NCBI RefSeq assembly: GCF_030684315.1 | Contig: NC_081359.1 | Location: forward strand, 16,316,184 to 16,380,183 | Source: Stegostoma tigrinum | Lineage: Eukaryota | Direction of reading: 5' to 3' | Length of the DNA: 64,000 nt | In this document: positions 28,135 to 42,414 of the stretch, piece after piece | Layout: every line of letters starts with the position of its first letter | How positions within the stretch are numbered: the first letter of the stretch is position 1 | The notes under the pieces: generated by a model | What the model saw: only the letters and a program-made list of their open reading frames with translations | Databases searched by the model: none | What the model was told of the DNA's origin: nothing | Translations under genes and position numbers: made by a program

Positions 28135-29029
28135 CAAATTTTGCTCATTTATCTGCCAAAATGACCTCGGAACCACTTATAACTTACTGGTTCCGGTGTG
28201 TATTTTCAAGGGGCACTTTGTGAGGTCAGTGAGTGATGGCCATTGTGCCACTGTGCAGTACTGTACATGTGTGAGTGTACTCCTGAGTCCTTGGTGGGTT
28301 TTGATTGGTGAAAACCTGGCAGTTGGCCCGCATTGGGAAGAATCCATTTTTTTAAACAGAGTTTCAACAGTCCCATCTCAGAGTTCACCTGTTATCCTAC
28401 AATAGTGATATGGATTTATTTTTTAAACATTTGTTTTCCAGCTAACCTTTTGGAGATGTTATTACATGCCACTGGGGCTTGAACCCAGGCCTCCTGGTCC
28501 AGGGGTATGGACGCTACCACTGCGCCACAGAATTCGAATTTCACCATTTACTATAGTGGCTTTTGAACCCCTGTCCGTACAACATTAGTCAGGGTTAATT
28601 ACTGAATTAGCTGAATTACTAGTCCAACAATATCTTGCATAATGAGTTTTAGATGTAACCCTTTATTCCAGCAATACCTGTAACTGAGCAGTCTCATCTC
28701 ACCTCCTTGCAGAGTCTATTGAAAGTCTCATTGTGAGCCATTCATTCCAGATGATGAATTTTAATGTCTAGATAATTGCACCTTGGGTAGCCGTTAATAG
28801 ATGCAGCCAATAGTCCCAGCCACTAGACATTCCCTTGTATATTTCTGAGAGTTTTGTTACTTTCAGCTCAGGTACCTTTGGCAGTCATTTAAAGTGTCCC
28901 AGCTCATTTTAAAATATTTATCCCTCAATCCTGAAGTCCAAGACTTCTATCTTTAACCAATGAGATTTTAAGAATTAATGGTCTGTATTTTATCATCATG
29001 ACACTAGACAGTAGGTAGATACCAGTTGT

Positions 29030-29310
29030 AGGAAATGTGGCAACCAATTTGTGTACAGCAAGTTCCCATAAAACAGTAAGGCTATAATTGCCAGTTAATT
29101 TTTTTTTACAAATTTTATTGGTTAAGGGATGAATATCGGCCACATCACCAAAGAGAATTCCCCAGTTCCTATTCAAAATAGTGACATGGGATCTTTTATA
29201 GTCAGTTGAGAAGCAGAAGGATCTCACTTTAGCATCTGAGCCAAAAGATGACACATCTGACTGTGTGCAATATTGAGTGAGTGTTGCACAGAGAGTGTCG
29301 ACTTCAATTA
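29030..29310 (-). mobile_element. Decayed Deu-domain SINE (SacSINE1/AmnSINE1-like)
   Basis: gggatgaatatcggcc..caaaatagtgacatgggatctttta..gatgacacatctgac is the antisense Deu domain. Confidence 0.65.
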
Positions 29311-31939
29311 TGTGCCCCGAGACTCATTCTAAACATATTGCTCCTGTTTCTGCGCAGACAAGAAAATGCACTAAAGCATATTTTGCCACAATGAATCTTG
29401 TTAAATAAGTTGTTAACATTTACTCTGTCTTCAAGCATTCAGCTTCAAGTGAAGCAGTGAGCCATGATTCAATCAATGCACTTGAATTCACAATGAACGG
29501 CAGCTCATTAGAAAAGCAACTCCAAATTTTCATTAAAACATGCTTAGTTCAAAGTAAAGCATCTATCCAGTAAAAAATCATCTCTTTGAAATTACCTGAG
29601 GCATGTTGATGATTAAAAGAAGAAAGCTTTAGGCTTAGCTGATGCATTTTTTTTAACTGTTCTGATGTGCTGTATTTTGATGTGAAGGTTTGATTTGAAT
29701 CCTTGCAATCTGGGCTTCTTCATATCTTAATGACTTCAGAGATTGCAATCCAAAGAGGCCATTTGGTCCATTTTGTCTCTGCTGGCATTAGGAAGTAACT
29801 ATCTGATTAATCCTTTTCCCCTTCTCTCTACCTGTAGCCCCCTAATTTTTATTTATTTTTGAAGTAGGAGATAGTAGGCCATCGGTAATGTCAGTAGACA
29901 TTAATCTAAAGACTAAGAGTAGAGTTTTGGAGACAGGGATTCAAATACCATCACAGCGTCCATTGGATTTTAAATTAAATATTGAAATAAAATGGAATAA
30001 AAAGCTGGTCTCGGTAATGATGACTGACGCTATTATCAATTGTTGCAAAAATAAATCAATAATTTGATTCCCTAAACTCTTGAATGGAAGAAAATCTACA
30101 GTCACCCCGTTTTAAGGTTAGAAATGTAATTCCATTTGAATTATAGAATTCCGCTGATAAACTGCTGGATTTTAATGGAGGGAGGATGTTGCCAAAATAT
30201 TTCAGATACCCCTTTATTTTCTTATCAATGTTCAGCTTTGGGAACGGAAGCATCCTACCATCACTGTAAATGTTGGACGGTACATCGCATTTAATGTCAC
30301 CAAATATGAGACAAGTGCATCTTCGGCAACAGGAAGTAAATAAGATCTCAATGTAGCTTTTTCTACTAAGCTTGCCTTATGTTTAACTGTAAGAACTATC
30401 TGGAACATAAACCCTGTTAATTAAAATCTGTGCAAAAGGCATGAACATGGGGCTGTTTCTGTATCAGGTAAGCAATCTGCTTTGTCACATGCTGAAGGTG
30501 AAAATATAACCTGTGATTTTTTTTTAAATTGGCTGTAAAACTGACTCTAGTGGTCCTTAGTACTGATGTCAATTAAAAATGTGAAACTTGTATGTGCTTA
30601 ATATCCCAGGGGGTCCATGAGGTGAGCTTGCTATATTTCTGTTTGAAGGAGTAATTGAATTTGTGTAATGGTCCCATCCTATCCATTAGGCAAATCAGCA
30701 AGAGGAGGGAAGGCATTAATTAAAAATACATCGCCAAGTCTGCACACATCTAGACTAGCGTTGGAAATAATTTACGCGAGACCAATCTGCATTGCCAGCT
30801 TTATGTCTGAGGATGAATGGAGAACGAAAGCCAAGTGTTTTTATACATCATGGGTTGAATTTTATGCCTCTCTTCCCGATGTATTTTTGGCAGCAGGTTG
30901 TGGGTTTGGGACATAGATTATGTCAGGGGATTGCCCCCACTGTCTTCATACCCAAGTCCCCTACCCCCGTGATTGGTCTCCACAGTCCTGCAGACAGACA
31001 TTGAAATCGACAACCTGCCTGTCATCTTTCCAAAGAGATAATTATCGGTGCAATTGAGTTTGTTTAAAAGTCAGTTGACCCCAATGTTCTGATGCCTGCA
31101 CCGTAAAATAGTTGGTGGGCAAGGGAATGAAATCCAGAACGTTGTTACTTAAGGCAGTTTTGCGGAAAAGACCAGAAGGTAGGAGGCAGCTTTTTTTGGA
31201 GACTTTCCTTTAAGACATTGCCACTCACTTTGTTCCATTACCCTTCTCATATCCCCGCTTGGGCTCCACGATTGTTTCCCATCCCAGAATATACTGAAAT
31301 CCTCTGGCATCCATTGTACTGCTCTGAGGGTCTCTTTGGTTTTCCAGCAGTAACCACTGAGACCTTTCATGGCTGTCAGGCAGTCCTCAAGGGTGGAATG
31401 GCCTCCCACTGACTGTGGTCTTGTTGAGGGGCAGCATTGCTGGGCGTTGGTCATTGTCACACCAGCATTCCTTTTCAGGAAGATGCTCGTTTGAAACTCA
31501 GTCCCAGTGCCCCTCAGTTATTTCATCTGTCAAGCCACACAAAGAACAAAAACATCAAGTAACTGTTCTTATCTCATTTGTTATTTGTGGGATCTTCCTT
31601 TCTGCAAATTATCTGCCTTGCTTCCTACCTTTCAACAGCGACTGAACTGTCTAAGTGTTAACATGATATTAACTTGTTCACAGCCTGTCAAGTGCCTCCC
31701 TTAAATCTTGTAGCCCAGAAATGAATCCAGCTAATGCGTAACCATTAACCTGTAAAGGTTTAGTGTAACCTTATTGCTTTTGCACTAATAAAGCCAAGGG
31801 AGCTGTATTCTTCTTTCAAACAGATGCTTTTGGGTAAATGGTAGCTCATGGTCTAGAATTTAAAACCACTGTGTAGTTTTGAATGTTTTAATCTTGATCA
31901 ATAATGCTTAAAAACTTCATGATTATCATTTTTTTTTAG

Positions 31940-32092
<153 letters not shown>

Positions 32093-32494
32093 TGATTTCC
32101 AGAGAGAAATAGCTGATTCACTCTCTTGTCCAAAACTGTTAAATCACATGCCATTCTCTACTCCCTTATGCATTCCTGATAAACTTGAGCTGACTGTCTG
32201 CAGCTTGTCTGACGGAGTGTCAAAAACTGTCAGATTACTAGCCTGGATGTATTTTCTGATGAGAAATGCCAAGAGGTAATGAGCAGGCAAGAGACTGGAA
32301 CATATGTGGTCACTAGTTTGACTTGTTTCTTCCCAAGCAACATCAGTTACACAGCAGTTCCTAGGCACAAATGTACTTTACATTGAATCTGATTTCACAC
32401 AGAATGTACGGGTCATTTGGTCCAACTGATCTATGTGAGTGTCTATGTAAAGGAGGGTTTGGAGAGAAAGCAGGAACAAGGTATTGAGTTGCAT

Positions 32495-32686
32495 CAGAGA
32501 CAATGGGAACTGCAGATGCTGGAGAATCTGAGATAACAAAGTGTGGAGCTGGATAAACACAGCAGGCCAAGCAGCATCTCAGGAGCACAAAAGCTGACGT
32601 TTCGGCCTGACTGAAACGTCAGCTTTTGTGCTCCTAAGATGCTGTTTGGCCTGCTGTGTTCAGCCAGCTCCACACTTTGTTATCTC
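32495..32686. mobile_element. Penelope-derived hairpin element, family A
   Basis: Inverted repeat with TSD tattgagttgcat (32482-32494 and 32687-32699). Confidence 0.9.
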
Positions 32687-33604
32687 TATTGAGTTGCATG
32701 ATCACACTCAATGGGCAGAGCAGGCTCAAAGGACTAAAAGACATACTCCTGTGTCCCTATGTTTAAACAAAACCTGAAACTGAATTTGTGAGGGGACGAT
32801 ACTTAGCACAGCACTCAATCATTCATGTTGCTTGCAATTTGAATTTCACTTACATGCCTTTAGTTTATAAATTTGAAAAAAACTGAGTTTAAAAGAAAAT
32901 GGCTTGGAACATAGGAGTTTTTTTTAAGATTTGATTTTCACTGAATTGATGCAAGTACAATTTCAGTTTTTGAAAATGAGTATAAATGTTGGAAAAGCCG
33001 GAAATTTCTTTAAAAAGCAAAATTTTTCTGACATGCTCAGACACCAGCTGTCAAATGCTCTCTCTTCTTCCACTTGAAACCAGTTTTCAAATTTCCCAAT
33101 ATTACCCAAATGACAAAAGAGATGCTCTTCTTTTGATCTCTGAAGTTAAACAAATCTCTGCTCGGATGTCAAGCTGAGTTTTAACCAGACTGATTGGGAA
33201 TGAGCTGTTTTTCTGCACTGTTCATACAAAGTGCAAATATTTCAGTAATCTGCCAGTAGGGCACTGAATCTTATTGTTTTGACAGGAGGATTGTGAATGT
33301 GTTTGCTCAGCATGGAAAATGTGCTGACTGATTAATCATTGAATAAACAGGATGGTACTTTGGATAATTCCAAATGAACATTCAGTGCAGCTGTGATCAT
33401 TTTAAGTCTTTTAGTTTAGGTCAAAGAGTCATAGAGGTTATAGCAGGGAAAGTGGCCCTTCAGCCCAACTTGTCGATGCTGCCCCGTTTGGGTGAAGAAG
33501 TTATAAATTCTTAAAAGAAATAGATGCAATTAACAAATCTTTGTTTTACGTTTTAATTGTTCATTTGTGAACTGAGGGTGTCGCTGGTGAGGTATGCACA
33601 CATT

Positions 33605-33890
33605 GCCAGTTATGGCTGAGTAAATAGTACTTTCACCTTTGAATCAAAAGGCTATGGATTCACGAGAGACTTGATCACGATAACCAGGTTGACACTCCAG
33701 TGCAGTGCAATATTGACAATATGCTACACCATCAGAGCTACCATCTTTTGGATAAAATGTTAAACTGACGCCCATCTGCCCTCTTGAATGGACATAAAAA
33801 GTCCAATGATATTTCAAAGAAGAGGAGTTCTCACCAGAGTCCTGGTCAATGTTTACCCCTCATCCCCTCATTCAATGTCAAGCAAAAGAA
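33605..33890 (+). mobile_element. Decayed Deu-domain SINE
   Basis: gacactccagtgcagt..atgttaaactgacgccc..gaagaggagttctc..gtcctggtcaatgtttacccctca. Confidence 0.65.
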
Positions 33891-33907
33891 TCTCCTTGCT
33901 GTTTGTG

Positions 33908-34127
33908 ATCAGAGATAACGGGAACTGCAGATGCTGGAGAATCCAAGATAACAAGGTGTGGAGCTGGATGAACACAGCAGGCCAAGCAGCATCTCAGGAG
34001 CACGAAAGCTGATGTTTCGGGCCTAGACCCTTCATCAGAGAGCGGGTCTAGGCCCGAAACGTCAGCTTTTGTGCTCCTGAGATGCTGCATGGCCTGCTGT
34101 GTTCATCCAGCCTCACATTTTGTTATC
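33908..34127. mobile_element. Penelope-derived hairpin element, family A, with a hammerhead-like core on the - strand (34009-34041)
   Basis: TSD (tc)cttgctgtttgtg at 33893-33907 and 34126-34140; the - strand reads CTGATGA-A-GGGT-CTAG-GCCC-GAAA-CA-TC-AG. Confidence 0.9.
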
Positions 34128-34689
34128 CTTGCTGTTTGTGGGAGTTTACGTTGCTCAAATTAGCTATGATGTTGCATTCGTCACAGACTACGAATTAAAA
34201 ACAGCAATGATAGGTGCTACAAAAATGTAAGTTTTTTTTTTGTTTTGTCTCTCATCTGTCCCTAATTGCTCTTGAGAAGGTGTTAATGAGCTGCCACCTT
34301 GAGCCACTGCAAGCTGTAACGTCTGCAGCCAGATTGTGGGTGTGCCTGTGTCACTTTGGCGTGTCAGAGAGAAACTGAAGTAAGTGGAGCATGCAGTCCT
34401 TGTCCTTCAGGCTGGCAGTGGTTGTCGGTTTGGGAGATGCTGTACAAGAAGCCTTGGTGGTGGTGAGCAATTGGCTTACTACGTGCTGATAGTGGGTGGG
34501 TTTAAATGTTGGAGGTCGATACAAGGTGCCAGACAAGCAGATGGCTTTGTCCTGAATGGTGTAAAATGGATTTAAGTGTTGCTGGAATTGCACTCATCAG
34601 TGAAGTAGAGAGTATTCCATGATTCTTGACTTGGTTCCCAGTCGACAAGGGAAACTAATTCAACTGAAGCTGGATCCATCAGGTAATGG

Positions 34690-34906
34690 AGAGAGATAAT
34701 GGGAACTGCAGATGCTGGAGATTCCAAGATAATAAAATATGAGGCTGGATGAACACAGCAGGCCAAGCAGCATCTCAGGAGCACAAAAGCTGACGTTTCG
34801 GGCCTAGATCCTTCATCAGAGAGGGTCTAGGCCCGAAACGTCAGCTTTTGTGCTCCTGAGATGCTGCTTGGCCTGCTGTGTTCATCCAGCCTCACATTTT
34901 ATTATC
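34690..34906. mobile_element. Penelope-derived hairpin element, family A
   Basis: TSD (atc)catcaggtaatgg at 34674-34689 and 34904-34919; the - strand reads CTGATGA-A-GGATCTAGGCCC-GAAA-CG-TC-AG. Confidence 0.9.
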
Positions 34907-35133
34907 CATCAGGTAATGGTTTCGTTATTAGTGATGCACCCAGACAACGGGTTTGGTGGAATATTGGTAGATGAGTAATTTATTGTCTGATTCTTCAGTT
35001 AGGTGAACAAATTTAATCCTATCAGTACGATCAGGAAGAATTGGAATCCGAGCATGGTAGAGTAATCCTGCCAGGGAGAAAACATTTTTTTAGGATGCAC
35101 ATTTAAATTGGAAATGAAACAAACAGTTAAAAA

Positions 35134-35365
35134 GAACCAAAAGAACCGCGGATGCTGTAAATCAGGAGCAAAAACAAAGTTGCTGGAAAAGCTCAGCAGG
35201 TCTGGCAGCATCTGTGGAGGAGAAAACAGAGTTAACCTTTCGGGTCCGGTGACCCTTCCTCAGAACAGTTCTGAGGAAGGGTCAGCAGACAGAAGACATT
35301 AACTCTGTTTTCTCCTCCACAGATGCTGCCAGACCTGCTGAGCTTTTCCAGCAATTTTGTTTTTG
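35134..35365. mobile_element. Penelope-derived hairpin element, family B
   Basis: TSD aacagttaaaaa (35122-35133 and 35366-35377); the - strand at 35231-35266 reads GTT-CTGAGGA-A-GGGTC-ACCG-GACCC-GAAA-GG-TT-AAC. Confidence 0.88.
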
Positions 35366-36052
35366 AACAGTTAAAAAACTTCCCTATGATGACTGTGTGC
35401 AACATTTGGAATATCTGATTGTTGCTCATTCTATATTCTTAATAAGTGAGAGTTGCCTAATTTGCTAAGGATGGACTGCAGCTTGTTACTACCAGGCTTA
35501 TATAAAAGCAAGATCACAAACACTTTTTAAAAAAGTATGTATTTAGACCTTTTAATGAGATTTTTTATTATTCTGAATATGAGATGACATTGGCCATGTG
35601 TTCCTGCTTATTCTACTTGAATTGTGGTTTATTAATTGACCATGTGATACACTAATTCTTATAACGACATTCATTCGATTTTTAGAATAGAAACTAATAC
35701 AGAATAGAAGGAGACCGTTTGGTCCATTGTGCCTCTTCAAGCTTTTTGATCTCATCAATCCCTCTACCTAATCTCTTTTTCCCATGGCCCATATTATTAC
35801 AAAAGTGTGATATTTTCAGCCAGAATAACCACCACACAATCTATCTGAGTATAAATAATCCACCTTCACGTTGAGATGTGTTGCATAACACTACTACCAT
35901 GCTCAGTGGGATACACCTGGCAACTCAAGACTGGGCAACTGCGAGGAGCTGTGGACCATCAGCAACAACAAAACTGCACTCCCAACACAATCTGCAGTCT
36001 CATGACCCCAATATTCCCCCACTTTATCAATACCATCAAACTAGGGGATCTG

Positions 36053-36278
36053 AGATAACAAAGTGTGGAGCTGGATGAACACAGCAGGCCAAGCAGCAGC
36101 TCAGGAGCACAAAAGCTGATGTTTCGGGCCTGGATCCCTCATCAGAAGGTCTAGGGTCTAGGCCCGAAACGCCAGCTTTTGTGCTCCTGAGATGCTGCTT
36201 GGCCTGCTGTGTTCATCCAGCTCTACACTTTGTTATCTTGGATTCTCCAGCATCTGCAGTTCCCGTTATCTCTGATAA
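36053..36278. mobile_element. Penelope-derived hairpin element, family A
   Basis: TSD aaact(a/g)ggggatctg (36038-36052 and 36279-36293). Confidence 0.9.
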
Positions 36279-37586
36279 AAACTGGGGGATCTGCTCGGGT
36301 TCAATGGAGAATGCAGGCAGCCGTGCCAGGAACTCCAGTAGGCACACCTAACAACGAGGTGTCAAGCTAGTGAAACTACAAAAAGCTACTTGTCAAACAA
36401 TACACACAGCAATGATAGACAGAGCTAAGTGATTCCATGACCAACAGATCAGATCTAAGCTCTGCAGTCCTGTCACATTGCTGCCCTGGATGGCAGTGAA
36501 CAATTAAGCAATTCACTGGAGGATATAGCTGTACAAATAATCCCACCTTCAATAATAGGCGAGCCCATCACATTGTTGCACAAGATAAGGCTGAAGCATT
36601 TGCAACACTCTTCAGCCAGAGTGCTGAGTGGATGATCCGTCTCAGCCAACTTCAGAGATCCTCAGTGTCACAGGTGCCAATCTTCAGTGAATTCAGTTCA
36701 CTCCACGATATCAAGAAATGGATGGAGGCACCGGGCACTGTGATTCTGTGGGCCCTGTGAACAGTCTGGTAATAGTACTGAAGACTTGCAGCTGCCCCAG
36801 CCAAGCTGTTCCAGGCCACCTATAATACCTGCGTTTATCTGACTATATGGAAAATTGCCCAAGTTTATCCTGCTATATAAAACCCAGAACAAATGCAGTC
36901 CATTCAGTTACCACCCCATCAGTCTACTCTCAATTATCAGTAAAGTGATGGAAGGTTTCATCAACAGTACTATCAATGAATACCTGCTCAGCAATAACCT
37001 GCTTACTGATGCCCATTCTGAGTTTCACTAGGACCACTCGGTTCCTGACTCCACTACAGCCTTGATCTAAGCATGTTCAAAAGAGCTGAAATCCACAGGT
37101 GAGGTGAGAATTTGGCCTAAACATCAACATTGCATTTGACTGTGTGATCAAACAGCCGTAGCAAAAGTAATCAGCTGGAATCGGGAGGGAGGAAGGAAAT
37201 GTAAAAGGAGATGGTTGAGGTTGTTGAGCACTAATTTTCGCACCAGGGCTTCACTACAGGAGTCCCTCAGCTCAGTGATCTCTGATGAACTGTCCTCAGC
37301 TGTTTCAACAATGCCCATCCCTCCACTATGAAGCCAGAGGTGGAGATGTTCACCAATGACTGCAAAATATTCAGCATCATTTGCAGTTCCTCAGATACTA
37401 AAGTGGCCCACGTCCAAATTCGGCAAGTCCAAGGCAATGTCCAAGTTGGGCTGACAAGTGGCAAATGACATTCATGCCGCAGGAGGAGATTGACATTGGC
37501 CTTCATTGGCATTGCCGCTGTTGATTCTATACTATCCGTATCCTGAGAGTTTCCATTGGCCAGAAACTAAACATAGCTACATAAGT

Positions 37587-37806
37587 GATAGTAGGAACTG
37601 CAGATGCTGGAGAATCTGAGGTAACAAAGTGTAGAGCTGGACGAACACAGCAGGCCGAGTAGCATCAGAGGTGCAGGAAAGCTGACTTTTCGGGTCTAGA
37701 TCCTTCTTCAGAAATGCTGAAGAAGGATCTAGACCTGAAACGTCAGCCTTCTGCTTCTCTGATGCTGCTCGGCCTGCTGTGTTTGTCCAGACCTACACCT
37801 TGTTAT
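37587..37806. mobile_element. Penelope-derived hairpin element, family A, older subfamily (hammerhead-like core on both arms)
   Basis: TSD catagctac(a/g)taagt (37572-37586 and 37807-37821). Confidence 0.88.
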
Positions 37807-38466
37807 CATAGCTACGTAAGTACTGTCCCTACAAAAGCAGGACAGAGACTGGGAATCCCGCATCAACTAACGCACCTCCTGATTTCCCAAAACCTATTTG
37901 CCATCTCCATTACACAGAGCAGAAATTCACCAGGCTTTCTAATGGCTTTCTAATGGCATCTTCCAGACCGACAACTGCTACTGAGGTCAAGGGAACACCA
38001 CTACCTGCAAATTCTCCTCTAAAGCAGTTGCCACCCTGACTTTTAAATATGTCGTCAGTCTTTTAGTGGCACTGGGTCAGAATCCTGGAACTCCCTCCTT
38101 TACAGCATTGTGGGTCACCCTACACCAAATGAACTGCTGCAGTGAAAGGAAGGAGCTCACCTGCACATTCTGGAGGACAGCTGCGGTGGGTTCAATAAAT
38201 GCTGACCTAGCTAGCAACACTGACATTGTGTGAATCAATTTTACAAAAACATTACTATAGAAATGTGTATGGACTTTGAAGGTTGAATTAGATGCAATTG
38301 TTAATAATCAACAGCAGTAAACAGGTCATTGTTACAGAGTAATTATTAATTTATTCTTCTAAAGTTAACATTCAAACTTTGTCTGACATTTCTGAATCTG
38401 AATCTGTAGAAAATCTGTTCATTATGATTACTACTTAGAAGCACATTTTGATATTTATTTTTTTAA

Positions 38467-38652
<186 letters not shown>

Positions 38653-38893
38653 TAACAAATCGTTGTGAACTTGAATTAAAGAGACGTGTTAGTGTAGTTT
38701 GTCCTGGAGAAAGGCCATGCAGTAAGATCCACAGTAACCACTCCTGTGTGTCGTGCTTGGGACTAAGTTGTTTCTCAATCATTGAATAACATTTGAATGC
38801 CTGCCTTCAAGTACATGAACCGGAAAGCACCAAACAGTTGATATGAATATTTGTCTGATGCGTAAGTAAACAATGGTAAAAACATTATAAGGC

Positions 38894-39544
38894 TGAAATT
38901 ACAAAGGTTTTGGAGTAGATTTGTAGCTTGGGTCATGGATGTTGTGGTTGGTTGGCTCACCGAACTGGTTCGTGGTTGTTCCACAGATGTCTCATTACCC
39001 TGCTGGGTAACATCATCAATGCAGCCTCCGATGAAGCACCGTTGTGTTTTCCCGCCTGGTTTTTAAACTCAGGAGTTAGCTCGCTGGATTACCTCATTTC
39101 TGGTTTTTCCTTCGCATTGGAGTGTAAATGGGGTCGAGCTCTATGTGTTTGTTGATGGCTTTCTTCATGGAGTACCAGCCTTCTAGGAACTCCCGAGCCT
39201 GTCTCTGCTTTGCTTGTCTGAGCATCTTGGTGTAGTCCCAATCGAATTGGTAGTTGTCCCTGTCCATGTGGTAAGAGATGAGTGAGTCTTGGTCATGTCT
39301 TTTTGTAGCCACTTGGTGTTCATGTACCCTTGCACAGAGGTACTGAGTCACCCTTTATTTACATGTGCACTGTACATGGGCTGTGACCAGCCAGCTCCGA
39401 GCCAGTCCCGAGACTGAGGAGACTCTCTGAATCTCCTGTTTATATCCTGTCAGCCAAGGCACCCCTTTTGGGCCCGGTTAACAGATGGAATCAAGAATCT
39501 CGTAGTCAGCGAGAACCCACTTGGCCCTCATTCCAATCACTGCA
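38894..39544 (-). mobile_element. Solo Gypsy LTR (same family as the LTRs of 60053-61172), interrupted near its 3' end by a Penelope fragment
   Basis: The reverse complement starts tgcagtgattggaat and ends gtaatttca; 5-bp TSD aaggc at 38889-38893 and 39545-39549. Confidence 0.85.
38903..39330 (-). mobile_element. 5'-truncated Penelope-like element: GIY-YIG endonuclease C-terminus plus 3' pLTR with hammerhead-like motif (family C)
   Basis: ORF 39094..39351 RVHEHQ..SLISYHMD..FDWDYTKML..AREFLEGWYS..AINKH is typical of the distal half of the PLE GIY-YIG domain; hammerhead-like motif at 38983-39023. Confidence 0.85.
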
Positions 39545-40103
39545 AAGGCACGAATAAAAATAAAACCTTTTAAAACCTCAGAATATTGTATCTTCCACAT
39601 TTCTATTCCCAAAGTACTCACAAAAATGATGTTGACTACATCAAGGGTCTGCTTCAAGATTTTCTGGACCGTTGATATTTCTGAAAGTAGAATTCTAAAC
39701 TGGAGATGTTGAAGTGTATTTATCTGGTACACTGCAATGTGTCATCGTATGCTATAATTTATTTGGAAGCTTCTCAGCAGTTGGTGAATGAATGGAGGGC
39801 AGGCAGATGGTGCTCCTGATAGCCATCCCTAGGCAGCATCTTTCTGGGTGAGCTACCAGGAACAAATGAAATGATATGACGTGTATGTTTTTACAATCTC
39901 GGGTTATTTGAGCACAACAATATGAACAGAGATGATTTAGAAACCACGTAATACGAAATAAGGTAAGAGTGGCACCATAAGGTCTATATAAAGGTGTTCG
40001 AGAGAGTGCAGAGATGATTTACTAGAGTTGGACCAGAGATAGGGGATTTCAGTCAGGTGGAGAGATGAGAGAACTTGGGAGTGTGCTTCTTACAGTAGAT
40101 AGT

Positions 40104-40481
40104 TCATAGAATTGTAGAATCCCTACAGTGTAGATAGAGGCCATTCCACCCATCAAGTCTGCACCAAACCCCACACCCCCCCCTCTCCCCCACAAAGAGC
40201 ATCCCATCCAAACCGACACCCCACAATCCCTGTGACCAGGCTCTTAGCATGGCTAATCCACCAAGCCTGCACATCCTGGACACTATAGGCAATTTAGAAT
40301 GGTCGATCCAGCCTAACCTGCACATCTTTGAACTGTGGGAGGAAACCAGAGCACCTGGAGGTCACTCACGCAGGCATGGCGAGAACATGCAAACTCCACA
40401 CAGACACCCAAGATTAGAATTGAGCCCAGGTCCCCAGTGCTTTGAGGCAATAATGTGAACCACTGAGCCACCGTGCCACCC
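40104..40481 (-). mobile_element. HE1-type V-SINE
   Basis: Antisense tail catagaattgtagaatccctacagtg, V-domain, head cactgagccaccgtgccacc. Confidence 0.9.
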
Positions 40482-41081
40482 GAAAATGTTCAAAATTATG
40501 AAGGTTTTGATAGAGTGTCTGCGGAGAAACTCTTCCCAGTGGCTGGAGCATCAGCTACCAGTGGACACAGATCTCAAGTGATTAGCAAAACAAAAAAAGA
40601 GGGAAAACGATTTTCGTTCTGTGCAGCATGTTTTATGATCTAGAAAATGCCACGAAAATAATGGTGGGAGTGAATTCAGTAATAACTTTTGAAAGGAGAA
40701 TTTGTTAAATATTTAGAAAGGAAATTTGTAGGGCTGTGGGAAATGAGCAGGGAAAAGGGATAATTGGGTGATTTCTTAAAATACTAGCACAATTACAATA
40801 GACTTGTGCTAAGGGATTCTGTGAATGAATGTAACTTCATAATGGGATTTCCGATAGATTGAGTTTAAAATATAAGTGAATGCGTATGCACTTTCTAACT
40901 GAATTAGTATTTTAATATTATCACATTGCATTCTTAGTAATCACATTATTAAAAATTATTGTGACTATATCAATAAACATTGAAAATTTTGATTAACAGT
41001 TAACTTAAGACTTATTTGAGCACTGTTTAAATATTTCATTGAGATTGAGACTTTAGCTTGTGTTGAAATGTAATCATTTAA

Positions 41082-41548
<467 letters not shown>

Positions 41549-41729
41549 TTCCAATTTTATGGTGTGACTTCTAAGATAATAAAACTCAGTTTACCCATCC
41601 CGCCTCAATATCGTTCCCACTCCTCTCCAGTCAGAAGCTATTGATCTTGGATTTAAATTACTAATTCACCCAGCATCAAATATTTTTTGTGGGAAAGTGT
41701 TTCCACACTGCTATCACTTTATACAGTAA

Positions 41730-42235
41730 TAAAGTCATGAGTTATACAGCATGGAAACAGATCCTTCGGTCCAACTCGTCCATGCTGACCAGATCTCCTA
41801 AACTGATCTAGTCCCATTTGCCAGCATCTGGCCCATATCCCTCTAAACCCTTCCTATTCATATACCCATCCAGTTGCCTTTTAAATGTTGTCATTGTATC
41901 AGCCTCTACTGTTTCTTCTGGCAACTCATTCCACACACGCACCACCCCCTGTGTGAAAAAGTTGTCCATTAGGTCTCTTTAAATCATTCCCCTCTCATCT
42001 TAAAACTATATCCTGTAGTTTTGGACTCCCCTACCCTAGGGAAAACACCTTGCTTATTCACCTTATCCATGCCCCCCACGATTTTATAAACTTTTTTAAT
42101 GTCACCCCACAGCTTCTGACTATCCAGCAGAGATAAAACCACAGGTTGTTAACATGTCCCTATAGCTCAAACTCTCCAAGCCTGGTAACATTCTTGTAAA
42201 TCTTTTCTGAACCTTTTTAACCTTGTAAATCTTTT
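41730..42235 (-). mobile_element. CR1/HER1 LINE 3' fragment
   Basis: Closely resembles 2946-3430. Confidence 0.88.
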
Positions 42236-42414
42236 TGGAACTCCTTGCCACAGAAAGCTACAGGGGCAGAGTCCTAATGTATATTTAAGGCTGAGATAGA
42301 TTTTTGACCAGTAGGGGATTGAACTGTTACAGGAAAATGCAGAAAAATGGATGTGAGGAATGTCAGATCAGCCATGATCTTATTGAATGAATATGTGGGC
42401 TCAAGAGGGCGAAC

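Larger units (their letters stand above)
35800..38240 (+). mobile_element. Decayed L2-like LINE (RT region to 3' end) hosting two hairpin insertions
   Basis: RT-like remnants such as ttaccaccccatcagtctactctcaattatcagtaaagtgatggaagg (Y.PISLLSIISKVMEG); tail aataaatgctgacctagctagc shared with the SINE at 13314. Confidence 0.75.
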
